Notes under the pieces: model-generated
The model's input: only the letters and a program-made list of their open reading frames with translations
The model's database searches: none
What the model was told of the DNA's origin: nothing
Assembly: GCA_038850275.1 (NCBI GenBank)
Contig: JAWCLZ010000004.1
Coordinates: 31,946 to 95,945 of the forward strand
DNA: 64,000 nt
Direction of reading: 5' to 3'
Source: Methanocellales archaeon
GTDB taxonomy: Archaea; Halobacteriota; JAWCLZ01
Made by a program: the position numbers and the translations under genes
Part shown: piece after piece, positions 30,891 through 39,968 of the stretch
How positions within the stretch are numbered: the first letter of the stretch is position 1
Layout of the letters: each line of letters starts with the position of its first letter

Positions 30891-31382
30891 TTATATTCTC
30901 ACAACTTTTATGGCTTTCTCATTAATGTAATCTATGAACCCATTCGCAGTTACCTCTAATTTTAAATAGCCCTCATTTTGATTTTCCTCAAGCACAGGTA
31001 CTTGGATCCACTCTGAGGCATCGTTAAAGATCACTGTGCCATAGCTGCTGGTTTTACCTGAAGCAGCAGCTCCCAAGCCAGAGATCGTAACGCTCGCGCC
31101 ATCCACTGGCTTGCCATTGGCATCGATTACCTTGATCTTAGTAGCACCTGTAATATTCGCAGCCTTTCTATTCCCACCACCTGCATCTATGGCAATTAAA
31201 TTACCATTATGGCCATTTGCTTTTTCAACAATCGCAGAGAGCACTCTAGGTGGCTTAAATTGTCCCATTGCAGTTATCATAGCTGCTAATCCAACGATGC
31301 CAATTACCAACATAACGATTAGCATAACAGGCAATCCCTCTACGCTTCCCCTCTCGCTAGAAACTAAACTCATTTTTTTCAC
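30891..31382 (-). CDS. Candidate type IV pilin-like protein (class III-like signal peptide plus beta-rich domain)
   Basis: Basic N-terminus, ERG|SVEGLP, 20-aa hydrophobic helix; Ig/carboxypeptidase-regulatory-like VIDANGKPVDGASVTI segment. Confidence 0.6.
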   Translation of the reverse strand: MKKMSLVSSERGSVEGLPVMLIVMLVIGIVGLAAMITAMGQFKPPRVLSAIVEKANGHNGNLIAIDAGGGNRKAANITGATKIKVIDANGKPVDGASVTISGLGAAASGKTSSYGTVIFNDASEWIQVPVLEENQNEGYLKLEVTANGFIDYINEKAIKVVRI

Positions 31383-31443
31383 CTTAATGCAATTTTTTAA
31401 ATTGCAAAAAAGTGTTAAAAAATATAAATGTTTCGCTTTACCT

Positions 31444-32079
31444 CTACTGCTTCACTCCATCTGCATAGATCAAAGCCGCGGATCTATCAGCGAAAACGAT
31501 CCAGAATGGCGATATGATACCTGAGATCACCCAGCCTATGAATGGCAAGCTGCCTATTGCTCCTATGATCAGAGCGGAGATGAAAATCACCACCAACCAG
31601 ATCAAGTATTTTCCAAATCCTATGTTGTTTATCAGCTTCCAGATTTCTCCAAAGGCAAAGGCTTTTCCTAAGCTATTGTTTTTAACCATGTGCACAATAC
31701 CCATTGCCATGATTATTACTACTAAAAAGAGCAGTAAAATGCCAATTATTACAAATAGAGCGCCAGCTCCAACCGCTGGCCTTGGAGGGATAAACATGAA
31801 GCCCATGCCGGCGAAGATAATTGCAAGTGGAATAATCATATATATAATACCAGCTATCCCAATCTTTAGCCCTTGAATCCAAAGCTTAACATAATCACCT
31901 AGAACAGGCAGTTTTTTCTCCCCAGGGGAAGTGCGAATTACCTCCCAGCCGTAGCCAAGCACAATGAAATTAATAATTGGGATTATGCTCAGCACAATGA
32001 GTATCAAAAGATTACCAGCGTTCTCAAGCAATTGCTTGGTATATTCTATCGAATTATTAAAATTCTCATTAAGCTCCAT
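31444..32079 (-). CDS. DUF4013-like membrane protein
   Basis: IIPIINFIVLGY, LP..GDY.KLWIQGLK, AFAFGEI pattern; TM helices. Confidence 0.75.
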   Translation of the reverse strand: MELNENFNNSIEYTKQLLENAGNLLILIVLSIIPIINFIVLGYGWEVIRTSPGEKKLPVLGDYVKLWIQGLKIGIAGIIYMIIPLAIIFAGMGFMFIPPRPAVGAGALFVIIGILLLFLVVIIMAMGIVHMVKNNSLGKAFAFGEIWKLINNIGFGKYLIWLVVIFISALIIGAIGSLPFIGWVISGIISPFWIVFADRSAALIYADGVKQ

Positions 32080-32117
32080 ATATAAACCTCTTCAAAAACT
32101 CTATTTAATTCTTTGTA

Positions 32118-32534
32118 TTAAATTTTTGCAAATTCTTCAAGTTGTATTCTGAATTCTTTTCTATGTCTCTTTTCTTCATCTAGGATATGTTTTAAAACCC
32201 CCTTCACTTCTTCATCGCTCAAGCCCTCAATTAATTTTTTATACAACTCAATTGCCTCATTCTCGAGTTCGATCTGCTTTTTAAGATATCCCTCTAGACT
32301 CTCTTCTCCGAAGTCCAGTTTTTTATGATCCATGACTGGAATTCCCCCTCGCTTTACAATTAAATCCCCCAGCCAATTTATATGGCGCATTTCATCTATC
32401 GCTATCCACTCAGTGATCCTAGCTGGCTTGCACTCCCGCATTAAAAAAGCATTTCTTACGTAAACCAAAGTAGCTTCTATTTCATGTAAAATTGCTTCAT
32501 TCAGTAAATCAACAATCTTCGACAATTTCAACAC
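32118..32534 (-). CDS. Ferritin-like (bacterioferritin/rubrerythrin-type) di-iron protein
   Basis: Paired ExxH motifs DEMRH and EEKRH in a four-helix bundle pattern. Confidence 0.85.
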   Translation of the reverse strand: MLKLSKIVDLLNEAILHEIEATLVYVRNAFLMRECKPARITEWIAIDEMRHINWLGDLIVKRGGIPVMDHKKLDFGEESLEGYLKKQIELENEAIELYKKLIEGLSDEEVKGVLKHILDEEKRHRKEFRIQLEEFAKI

Positions 32535-32619
32535 CTAGAGCATTTTATTTAAATTCTATAAAACTATTTAAATTTTTTTTACTTAACCAAAGTTGTAGGA
32601 ATCACTAGGCATTTTTAAA

Positions 32620-33279
32620 CTATAGCAACATTCTAGCATCGCCCACTGCTATTCCCTTGCCTTTTTCAAAGGCAAACACTGGGTTTAAGTCGATCTCCCT
32701 TACATCTGGGTTTTCAATCGCGAGTTTCGATAGCTTTAAAATTGCGTCTACAATTGCCTCTATATCCCTTGGTTTATCGCCTCTAATGCCTTTGAGTATC
32801 ACATTGCTCTTAGTTTCCTCTACCATCTCAACTGCATCCTCGCGGCTCACAGGCGCTAATCTAAAGGAGATATCCTTAAATACCTCGATATATTTCCCTC
32901 CAAATCCAAATGCAACCACCGGGCCAAACTGTGCATCTCTAACCATGCCTAGGAAGAGTTCAAATCCAGATACCATTGGGGATATTAATACTCCCTCTCC
33001 ACTTCTAGGTATCTCATTAAAGGCTTTGATTATGTCTTCACTGTCCTTCAAATTCAGCTTCACTCCACCCACATCGCTCTTATGTAAAACCTCAGTTGAT
33101 ATTATCTTCATAGCCACTGGATAGCCTAGTTCCTGGGCAGCTTTTATGGCTTCATCTGATGTCTTCGCAATTCTATATGGAAGCACTGATATACCATATT
33201 TTCTCAGCAACTCCCTTGCCTCAGGCTCCGTTAAAGCTTTTCTTCCTTCTTTTTTAACTCTCTCAATGATTTCATCCAT
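32620..33279 (-). CDS. acdB: ADP-forming acyl-CoA synthetase beta subunit
   Basis: YPVAMKI, HKSDVGGV, FGPVVAFGFGG, EIDLNPV ATP-grasp motifs. Confidence 0.9.
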   Translation of the reverse strand: MDEIIERVKKEGRKALTEPEARELLRKYGISVLPYRIAKTSDEAIKAAQELGYPVAMKIISTEVLHKSDVGGVKLNLKDSEDIIKAFNEIPRSGEGVLISPMVSGFELFLGMVRDAQFGPVVAFGFGGKYIEVFKDISFRLAPVSREDAVEMVEETKSNVILKGIRGDKPRDIEAIVDAILKLSKLAIENPDVREIDLNPVFAFEKGKGIAVGDARMLL

Positions 33280-33283
33280 ATTT

Positions 33284-34603
33284 TCACCCCAATGCTTTTA
33301 AAGCTGAAACAGCTCTCTCAGGCGTGGGGAAAACAGGTATTCCTCTGCTATGCATTTCCCTAGATTCAATTTTCTCAATCTCCCCACCCCCTAGATAGCA
33401 AACCACGACTGGTTTATCATTTTTCCTCCTTATTCTATCTATCACCTCGCAAGCTCCAGCTATCGGGTCTCCAAATATCACTAGCAGTGCATCTATAGCT
33501 GGCTCTTCAATTGCAATTTCAAGCACTTTTTCATACATCTCTGCATTAGCATCGCCTGTTAAATCCACTGGATTGTCAACGATGCAATGCGTTGGCAGCA
33601 TCGATCTTAGTCTTGCTTTAAAATCAGAGCTGGGCTCAATAACCTTGAAACCAATACTCTCAAGGAGATCAGTTGCTAGAATTCCAGAGCCACCTGAGCT
33701 GGTTACGATAAGAACATTTTTGCCTCTCAATTTATTTAGATAAGCTAATGCCTTGGAAAAATCATATAGTTCAATTAAACTATCAACTCTCTTCACCCCT
33801 GCTTTCTTGCAAGCTGCATTGAAAACTTCATCTCTACCGGCGACTGCTTTTGTATGAGACTGAATTGCCACTTTAGCTCTCTCAGTTTTACCAGGTTTTA
33901 ATACTACAATTGGCTTGCTTGATTTTTTAGCTGCTTCTAAGAATCTTCTCCCATCCCTCACTCCCTCGATATATAATGCGATTACCCTTGTATTTCCATC
34001 TCGCGAGAAAAAATCAATGAGATCAACCTCGTCGATATCTGCTTTATTCCCAAGGCTCACAAATGCTGAGAAGCCAATGCCCTCCTCCACTGCCCAGCCT
34101 TCAAAGGCTGCTCCAACTGTACCGCTTTGAGAAATAATTGCAATTGCTCCTTTCTTAGCTAGCAATGGCCAAGAAGCACAGAGATTATTATAAGTATAAT
34201 TAACTCCTTGACAGTTAGGACCTAAAACTCGAATGCCATATTTCCTAGCTACCTCTAGCACTTGCTTCTCCAGAGCCTCGCCCTCTATACCGATTTCTCT
34301 AAAGCCCCCTGATATTACGATAGCACATTTAACTCCCTTTCTACCGGCATCCTCCATAACTTGTGGAACTGCCTTAGCAGGTACAATTATGACCACGAGG
34401 TCTATTTCTCCCTCTATATTCAATAGCGATGGATAGGCTTTTAATCCCAAGATCTCGTCCAACTTTGGATTAACTGGGTAGATCTTTCCTCTGAAGCCCC
34501 CATCCAATATGTTTTTTAAAATCGTATACCCCAATTTTTTTGGATCCCTTGAGGCGCCTACGATTGCAATTGAATTAGCAAGGAACATTGAATCGAGAGA
34601 CAT
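33284..34603 (-). CDS. acdA: ADP-forming acyl-CoA synthetase alpha subunit
   Basis: IAIVGAS, GPNCQG, SQSG, SLGNKAD, phospho-His SHT, NPVDLTG. Confidence 0.92.
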   Translation of the reverse strand: MSLDSMFLANSIAIVGASRDPKKLGYTILKNILDGGFRGKIYPVNPKLDEILGLKAYPSLLNIEGEIDLVVIIVPAKAVPQVMEDAGRKGVKCAIVISGGFREIGIEGEALEKQVLEVARKYGIRVLGPNCQGVNYTYNNLCASWPLLAKKGAIAIISQSGTVGAAFEGWAVEEGIGFSAFVSLGNKADIDEVDLIDFFSRDGNTRVIALYIEGVRDGRRFLEAAKKSSKPIVVLKPGKTERAKVAIQSHTKAVAGRDEVFNAACKKAGVKRVDSLIELYDFSKALAYLNKLRGKNVLIVTSSGGSGILATDLLESIGFKVIEPSSDFKARLRSMLPTHCIVDNPVDLTGDANAEMYEKVLEIAIEEPAIDALLVIFGDPIAGACEVIDRIRRKNDKPVVVCYLGGGEIEKIESREMHSRGIPVFPTPERAVSALKALG

Positions 34604-34737
34604 ATACTTTGATCTATGCTTGCAAGATTTATAGCTTTCTTAAACCCTTAAACCAGTAACAGCTTTTAAACCTTAAATCCAGTAATTTAAAGAAAAAATA
34701 GATAAAGAAGCAAGCATATCTTGTAAAGGATTAAAAA

Positions 34738-34968
34738 ATGGTCGTTGGAGTAACTATGATTAAAGTTTTACTTGGCCAAGAGAAAAAAGTGTATCAAGAG
34801 CTCCGCAGGGTAGAGGGAATTAGGGATGTGTTCCACATATTCGGTAAATACGATTTCGTGGCTATAATAGAAGTAGAGGGATTGAGCAAACTCAATAACA
34901 TTGTGGATAAAATCAGGGAAATAGAGGGCGTAACCTCAACTCAAACAATCATAGGAGCAGAGATATAG
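34738..34968 (+). CDS. Stand-alone Lrp/AsnC ligand-binding (RAM) domain protein
   Basis: [22 protein letters not shown]; no HTH. Confidence 0.85.
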   Translation: MVVGVTMIKVLLGQEKKVYQELRRVEGIRDVFHIFGKYDFVAIIEVEGLSKLNNIVDKIREIEGVTSTQTIIGAEI

Positions 34969-34979
34969 GGAAAAATTAA

Positions 34980-35420
34980 ATGTGGAGGATAAGAATAATC
35001 TGGCCAGGTAGAACGAGAGAGGCTTTTTTAAGAGAGGGGATCGAGAAATATCTTAAACTCCTCCAACCTTATGCTAAGGTTGAAATCTTAGAAGTGAAAG
35101 AAGGCCGAGGGAGGGGAATGGCTGCTGTGGACTTTGAATCAATGAATTTACTTAAAGCTATAAAGGGTGATTTTATCTTGCTTGATACAAGAGGGATTAA
35201 TATTACCTCGGAGGAGTTCGCGAGATTGCTTCAAAATACTCAAGTAATCGAATTCGCAATTGGTGGTGCATTTGGGGTAAACGATGCAGTGAGGGAAAGA
35301 GCAAAGATGATTTTATCCCTCTCCAAGATGACCTTTACCCATGAAATGACTAGGCTAATTTTGCTGGAGCAAATCTATCGAGCCATGACAATAATTCACG
35401 GAAGGGAATATCACCATTAA
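34980..35420 (+). CDS. rlmH: RlmH-family SPOUT methyltransferase
   Basis: LLDTRG, SEEFA, FAIGGAFG, LSLSKMTFTHEMTRLILLEQIYRA.TI..GREYH. Confidence 0.9.
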   Translation: MWRIRIIWPGRTREAFLREGIEKYLKLLQPYAKVEILEVKEGRGRGMAAVDFESMNLLKAIKGDFILLDTRGINITSEEFARLLQNTQVIEFAIGGAFGVNDAVRERAKMILSLSKMTFTHEMTRLILLEQIYRAMTIIHGREYHH

Positions 35421-35464
35421 ATGGGAAAAGCTTTATTCATTATTTTTCATAAGACGAAGTAGCG

Positions 35465-36640
35465 GTGGTGGAATTGCTTGATAGAATTAAGCAACTGCAG
35501 TGCAAGATGGTGGAGAAAGAGATAGATGCAGCGATTTTACTTTACTCAAGAGATATTCTCTACTATGCCAATACAGCTCGACCATGCAACTTGCTCATTA
35601 CCCAAGATAATGCAACTCTCTTTGTTCGACGTGCCTATGAATTTGTGGAGAAGGAAACTTGGATATCAAAAGAGAATTTAGTTAAAGGGGGAAATTTTGC
35701 GCAGATAAAGCAAGAGCTTGAAAACGCAGGGATCAAGAAAGGCACCATTGGTTTAGAGCTCGATGTTATACCAACTAAGTTCTATTTGAATTTGAAAAAA
35801 ACACTAGCGGATTTTAACTTCGTGGATATATCGCCTTTGATTTTAGAGCAGCGCATGATAAAAGATGAAAGGGAAATTAAATATCTAAGGAAATCCTGCG
35901 AGCAAGTTGAAAAAGCACAAGCTAAAGCAAGAGAAGTAATTAGAAAGGGAATGACTGAACTTGAACTTGCAACTGAAGTTGAAGCGGAACTGCGAAGGAA
36001 TGGCCACGAAGGGCATATATATTATAGAAGATTCGATGCTTTTTTGCACTATGGCACGCTCTCCTCAGGCAATAATTTATATAAAATAACTGGCTTTGCC
36101 TTCGTAGTAACAGGCGTTGGATTAAGCCACGCCTTTCCCCACGGTGCTTCCAATCGAGTAATCAAGAAAGGCGATCTCATCGTTATAGACCTAGGTGGAT
36201 TTCACCGTGGTTACTACTCAGATCACGCTAGAACATATGTGGTTAGAGAAGTAAACAAAAAGCAGCTTGAAGTTTTTAGAGAGCTCAAGGAAATACGCGA
36301 GGAGATTTTAAGCAATCTACGCGAGGGCATAGCTTCTGATGAGCTCTATATAAAGGCGCTTAAAAAGGCTCGTGAAACTAAATATGGCGAGTACTTCCAA
36401 GGCTATGGTGAGAATAAAGGTGAATTCATAGGCCATGGACTTGGACTTGAAATGGATGAGCCACCAGTTATAAGTCCGAGGGAAAAAATTGCTTTAAAGG
36501 CAAATATGACGATTACAGTTGAACTCAACACCATAATTCCAAGGTGGGGCGCAGTTAAACTAGAAGATACCCTTCTTGTTAAAAAAGATGGCTATGAATT
36601 GCTCACTAAAACCGATCCTGAGCTATTCATAGTAGGCTGA
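35465..36640 (+). CDS. M24 Xaa-Pro peptidase family protein
   Basis: IDLGG, SDHARTY, GHGLGLEMDE, VKLEDT metal ligands. Confidence 0.9.
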   Translation: MVELLDRIKQLQCKMVEKEIDAAILLYSRDILYYANTARPCNLLITQDNATLFVRRAYEFVEKETWISKENLVKGGNFAQIKQELENAGIKKGTIGLELDVIPTKFYLNLKKTLADFNFVDISPLILEQRMIKDEREIKYLRKSCEQVEKAQAKAREVIRKGMTELELATEVEAELRRNGHEGHIYYRRFDAFLHYGTLSSGNNLYKITGFAFVVTGVGLSHAFPHGASNRVIKKGDLIVIDLGGFHRGYYSDHARTYVVREVNKKQLEVFRELKEIREEILSNLREGIASDELYIKALKKARETKYGEYFQGYGENKGEFIGHGLGLEMDEPPVISPREKIALKANMTITVELNTIIPRWGAVKLEDTLLVKKDGYELLTKTDPELFIVG

Positions 36641-36644
36641 GACC

Positions 36645-37193
36645 ATGGAGAGACTCTGCTTACACTGCGGGAGCAAAGAGGTTATGGAGATAATTGAAAA
36701 AGCTAGCGATAGAGTTTTCTATGAATGTAAAACCTGCGGGAAGAGAAATGGAAGAGTGCTTGAAAAAGATCAAGAAACCCTTGAAAAAACCTTTAAAGAT
36801 AGAGCTATGCACGTTTCCATAGGCGCTGTTATAACGAGGGAAAATAGATATTTACTTCTCGATCGAAGGCGGTATCCATTTTGCTATTCAATAATAGCTG
36901 GGCATTTGCATAAGAATGAAACACCCGAAATGGGAATCACTCGAGAAGTAAAAGAAGAAGCCAACCTAGAGGTAAAAAGACTAAAGCTCCTATATCACGG
37001 CATAGTTGAAGGCGATAGATGCAGAAGAGGCGTGGATATACACGAGTGGTATTTATTTGAATGCATATGCCATGGAGAACCACGTGAGAATAGCGAGGCA
37101 AAGAGACTAGAATGGGTTGCAAAAGAAGAATTGAGTAAAATAAATCTATGCTCCACCATTCGATATTTATTCAAACAAGCTGGAATACTTTAA
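36645..37193 (+). CDS. Nudix hydrolase with N-terminal zinc ribbon
   Basis: CLHC...CKTC; Nudix box GHLHKNETPEMGITREVKEE. Confidence 0.85.
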   Translation: MERLCLHCGSKEVMEIIEKASDRVFYECKTCGKRNGRVLEKDQETLEKTFKDRAMHVSIGAVITRENRYLLLDRRRYPFCYSIIAGHLHKNETPEMGITREVKEEANLEVKRLKLLYHGIVEGDRCRRGVDIHEWYLFECICHGEPRENSEAKRLEWVAKEELSKINLCSTIRYLFKQAGIL

Positions 37194-37314
37194 TCGAGCA
37201 ATCAATTGAAGCAACCAAATTGCACTGCCACTCCTCCATCTGCAGAAATTAATTCCCAAATTCTATTTATCTATAAAACATCTAAAATAGCAGAAATCAG
37301 AAAAAGAAAATTAA

Positions 37315-38229
37315 TTGATGAATATGACTAAAAAACACACAGCTACTGCTAAAACCGAGCGAGGAACTATACTTGCATTCCTTCTCACAGCTTTTATAAC
37401 CCTCGCTGAATTCATAGGTGGAATTTTAAGCAACAGCCTCGCTCTACTCAGCGACGCGGGGCATATGTTCACAGATACTCTAGCTCTCGCTATTACATTG
37501 CTTGCTTTAAAAGTAGCCCAAAAACCCGCTACTCCAACGAAAACATATGGATATCTAAGGATGGAGATACTCGCGGCGATGACAAATGGCGCAGCACTCA
37601 TTTTCATATCCCTCTACATATTCTACGAAGCATACCATAGATTCCTCAACCCACTCGTTGTGAATAGCTCTCTAATGCTGAGTATAGCAATAGTTGGATT
37701 ACTAGCCAATCTCCTAGGAATATTTCTCTTGCGGGAAGCAAGCCATGAGAACTTGAATATTCGAAGTGCATTTCTCCATATAGCAAGCGATGCTCTCTCC
37801 AGTATTGGCGTTATATTCGCAGGTGCAGTTATCTTATACACCGGTTGGTTAATCATCGACCCAGTGGTTAGCGTGTTCATTGGAATTCTAATTTTAATCA
37901 GCGCTTTGAGGCTAGTTAGTGAATCCACAAACATCCTCCTAGAGGGTGTGCCCAAGCATATTGATATAAATTTACTTGTACAAGAAGTAAAGAGAAGTCC
38001 TGGGGTTCGCGATTTCCACGATGTACATATCTGGACTATTACCTCAGGGGTATATGCATTAAGCGGGCACGTATTAATTGAGGATCAAATGATCAGCAAA
38101 GGCAGCGAGATTTTAAATGCAATAAATGAGCTACTGCATAGAAAATTTAGAATCGCGCATACCACGCTTCAGCTTGAATGTGAAAAATGCCTAGGTGCTA
38201 TTTGCGATTTAAGAGAAATTAGGGATTAG
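37315..38229 (+). CDS. Cation diffusion facilitator (CzcD/ZitB type)
   Basis: SLALLSDAGHM.TD, TYGY.R.EILAA, HI.SDAL, DVHIWTITSG, HTTLQLE. Confidence 0.93.
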   Translation: MMNMTKKHTATAKTERGTILAFLLTAFITLAEFIGGILSNSLALLSDAGHMFTDTLALAITLLALKVAQKPATPTKTYGYLRMEILAAMTNGAALIFISLYIFYEAYHRFLNPLVVNSSLMLSIAIVGLLANLLGIFLLREASHENLNIRSAFLHIASDALSSIGVIFAGAVILYTGWLIIDPVVSVFIGILILISALRLVSESTNILLEGVPKHIDINLLVQEVKRSPGVRDFHDVHIWTITSGVYALSGHVLIEDQMISKGSEILNAINELLHRKFRIAHTTLQLECEKCLGAICDLREIRD

Positions 38230-38336
38230 GGATAGAAGTTGAAGTATTTGCAAATTTCAATTGCTGATAATCAAAATCAATAATTGTATGAATAAATATT
38301 TATAAATAATCTATTAAAATTTTAACTGAGAGAACA

Positions 38337-38477
38337 ATGCGGTTGAGTCAAATTCTCTTAATCTTCCTCATCTTCTTCATAGTAATGCTGCTCATCACCA
38401 TTCCACTTTGGCAGGATTTCCTCTTGCCAAAAATCGAGCTTGTGATTGAGAGAATAGCTAAAATACTGGGCATATGA
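38337..38477 (+). CDS. 46-aa single-TM microprotein (not in the ORF track)
   Basis: MRLSQILLIFLIFFIVMLLITIPLWQDFLLPKIELVIERIAKILGI; TATA-like TTTATAAATA about 30 nt upstream. Confidence 0.5.
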   Translation: MRLSQILLIFLIFFIVMLLITIPLWQDFLLPKIELVIERIAKILGI

Positions 38478-38549
38478 TAAGAATGATAAGAAATTTTTTA
38501 AACTAAATAATCAAGCTTAAAGAAAAGAGAAATAAAAAATAAGAAAGAT

Positions 38550-39686
38550 TTAATTTAACTCACTTACCGCTCTCGCTGCATCGATTCTGCCATAGCCAGA
38601 GAAAACATCGGGACCTGGTACTACGATATCCCAAGCTGTACTTTGCAATTTACTTTGAATATCCCCTTTTACTCCTGCGCTGAGCATCAATGCTACTGTC
38701 CCAGTTACATGCGGCGCTGCCATGCTCGTGCCACTCATAGTCGCGTATGAACTACCCTTATAAGTCGACAAAATGCTCACTCCAGGCGCGGCCACGTCCA
38801 CTTCGCTGCCATCGCTGCTCCAGCTTGGTACACTATCGCTTGAATCAGTTGCAGCAACTGCAATAACCGAGTCATATTTCGCTGGATAGAGCACGTTATC
38901 CGTATTTGGATTTCCATCTCCTGAGTTGCCAGCTGCAGCGATCAATACAATTCCTCTCTTCTTTGCTTTGTCGCAAGCGTCTTTTAGAGCTTGGGAATCA
39001 CTTGTGCCTCCGAAACTCATGCTTATGATCTGCATATTATTATTAATTGACCATTCAATGCCTTGCACTATATCGCTGTAGTATCCCGAGCCAGCGTCAT
39101 TTAGGACTTTAACCGCGTATAATGAAGCTTCAGGTGCAACTCCCACCACACCTATGGTGTTATTAACTGCTGCTACTATCCCTGCGACGTGCGTGCCATG
39201 TCCATTTTTATCCGTCCAGTACTTTGGATTAGTATTGCCATCTCTAGTCCAGCCAACGAAATTTACCCCACCTTTTATATTCGCCTTTAAATCAGGGTGA
39301 TCGTATTGAATACCTGTATCTAGAATTGCAACCTTAATCCCTGTTCCCTTGTTATTATATTGAGTCCAAACTTGGGTTGCATTTATCTTTGCAATACCCC
39401 AAGGCGTGGTTTCACCGAGTGCATGTGCAATGCTATCTGCCTCGATATAGCTGATTTTAGCGTGTGTCCTTAATTTTTCAATCGCTTTCACAGGTAGATT
39501 TGCTGCAATTGCGTTTATAATGATATATTGATGTTTTATTTCCCCGCCGTGTTCTCTCACAAGCGCTGCATCTGGTTTATCTTTGAAGCCAATGATCACT
39601 GGTACTTTTTCTTCAGGAGCGATTGCCCCCGCGATTGGAGTTAGCAATATTGAGATCAGCAATATAGCTGCTATTTGGATTTTCAT
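38550..39686 (-). CDS. Secreted subtilisin-like S8 protease
   Basis: Signal peptide, I9-like propeptide, catalytic ILDTG / HGTHVAG / GTSMAAP. Confidence 0.95.
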   Translation of the reverse strand: MKIQIAAILLISILLTPIAGAIAPEEKVPVIIGFKDKPDAALVREHGGEIKHQYIIINAIAANLPVKAIEKLRTHAKISYIEADSIAHALGETTPWGIAKINATQVWTQYNNKGTGIKVAILDTGIQYDHPDLKANIKGGVNFVGWTRDGNTNPKYWTDKNGHGTHVAGIVAAVNNTIGVVGVAPEASLYAVKVLNDAGSGYYSDIVQGIEWSINNNMQIISMSFGGTSDSQALKDACDKAKKRGIVLIAAAGNSGDGNPNTDNVLYPAKYDSVIAVAATDSSDSVPSWSSDGSEVDVAAPGVSILSTYKGSSYATMSGTSMAAPHVTGTVALMLSAGVKGDIQSKLQSTAWDIVVPGPDVFSGYGRIDAARAVSELN

Positions 39687-39819
39687 AGCTCTCTCTCCCC
39701 TTTTAAGGAAATATTATCCATCTATTAGTTAATATTAATTTCTCAGTCTCATAATTATGAGGTTGATTATTTTTTTATCCTATTATTTAGAAATGTGATA
39801 TGTGAGGAAAGTCAAATTT

Positions 39820-39960
39820 ATGATTGAGGTTAAAATTGTTTCCACTGTTTTATTGAGGGAAGACCTTGAGAAGTTGAAGGTGAAAACAGGCGCACGCGAG
39901 GTTAAGAGGGCGTTGCAAATAGCTGTTGATCACTACTTGAAGTGCCCACGTGCTCCATAG
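39820..39960 (+). CDS. DUF5371-like small protein, 46 aa (not in the ORF track)
   Basis: MIEVKIVSTVLLREDLEKLKVKTGAREVKRALQIAVDHYLKCP matches the recalled TVL.EDLE.LK.KTG...K.AL..AV.HYL.C pattern. Confidence 0.7.
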   Translation: MIEVKIVSTVLLREDLEKLKVKTGAREVKRALQIAVDHYLKCPRAP

Positions 39961-39968
39961 GGCTAGGG

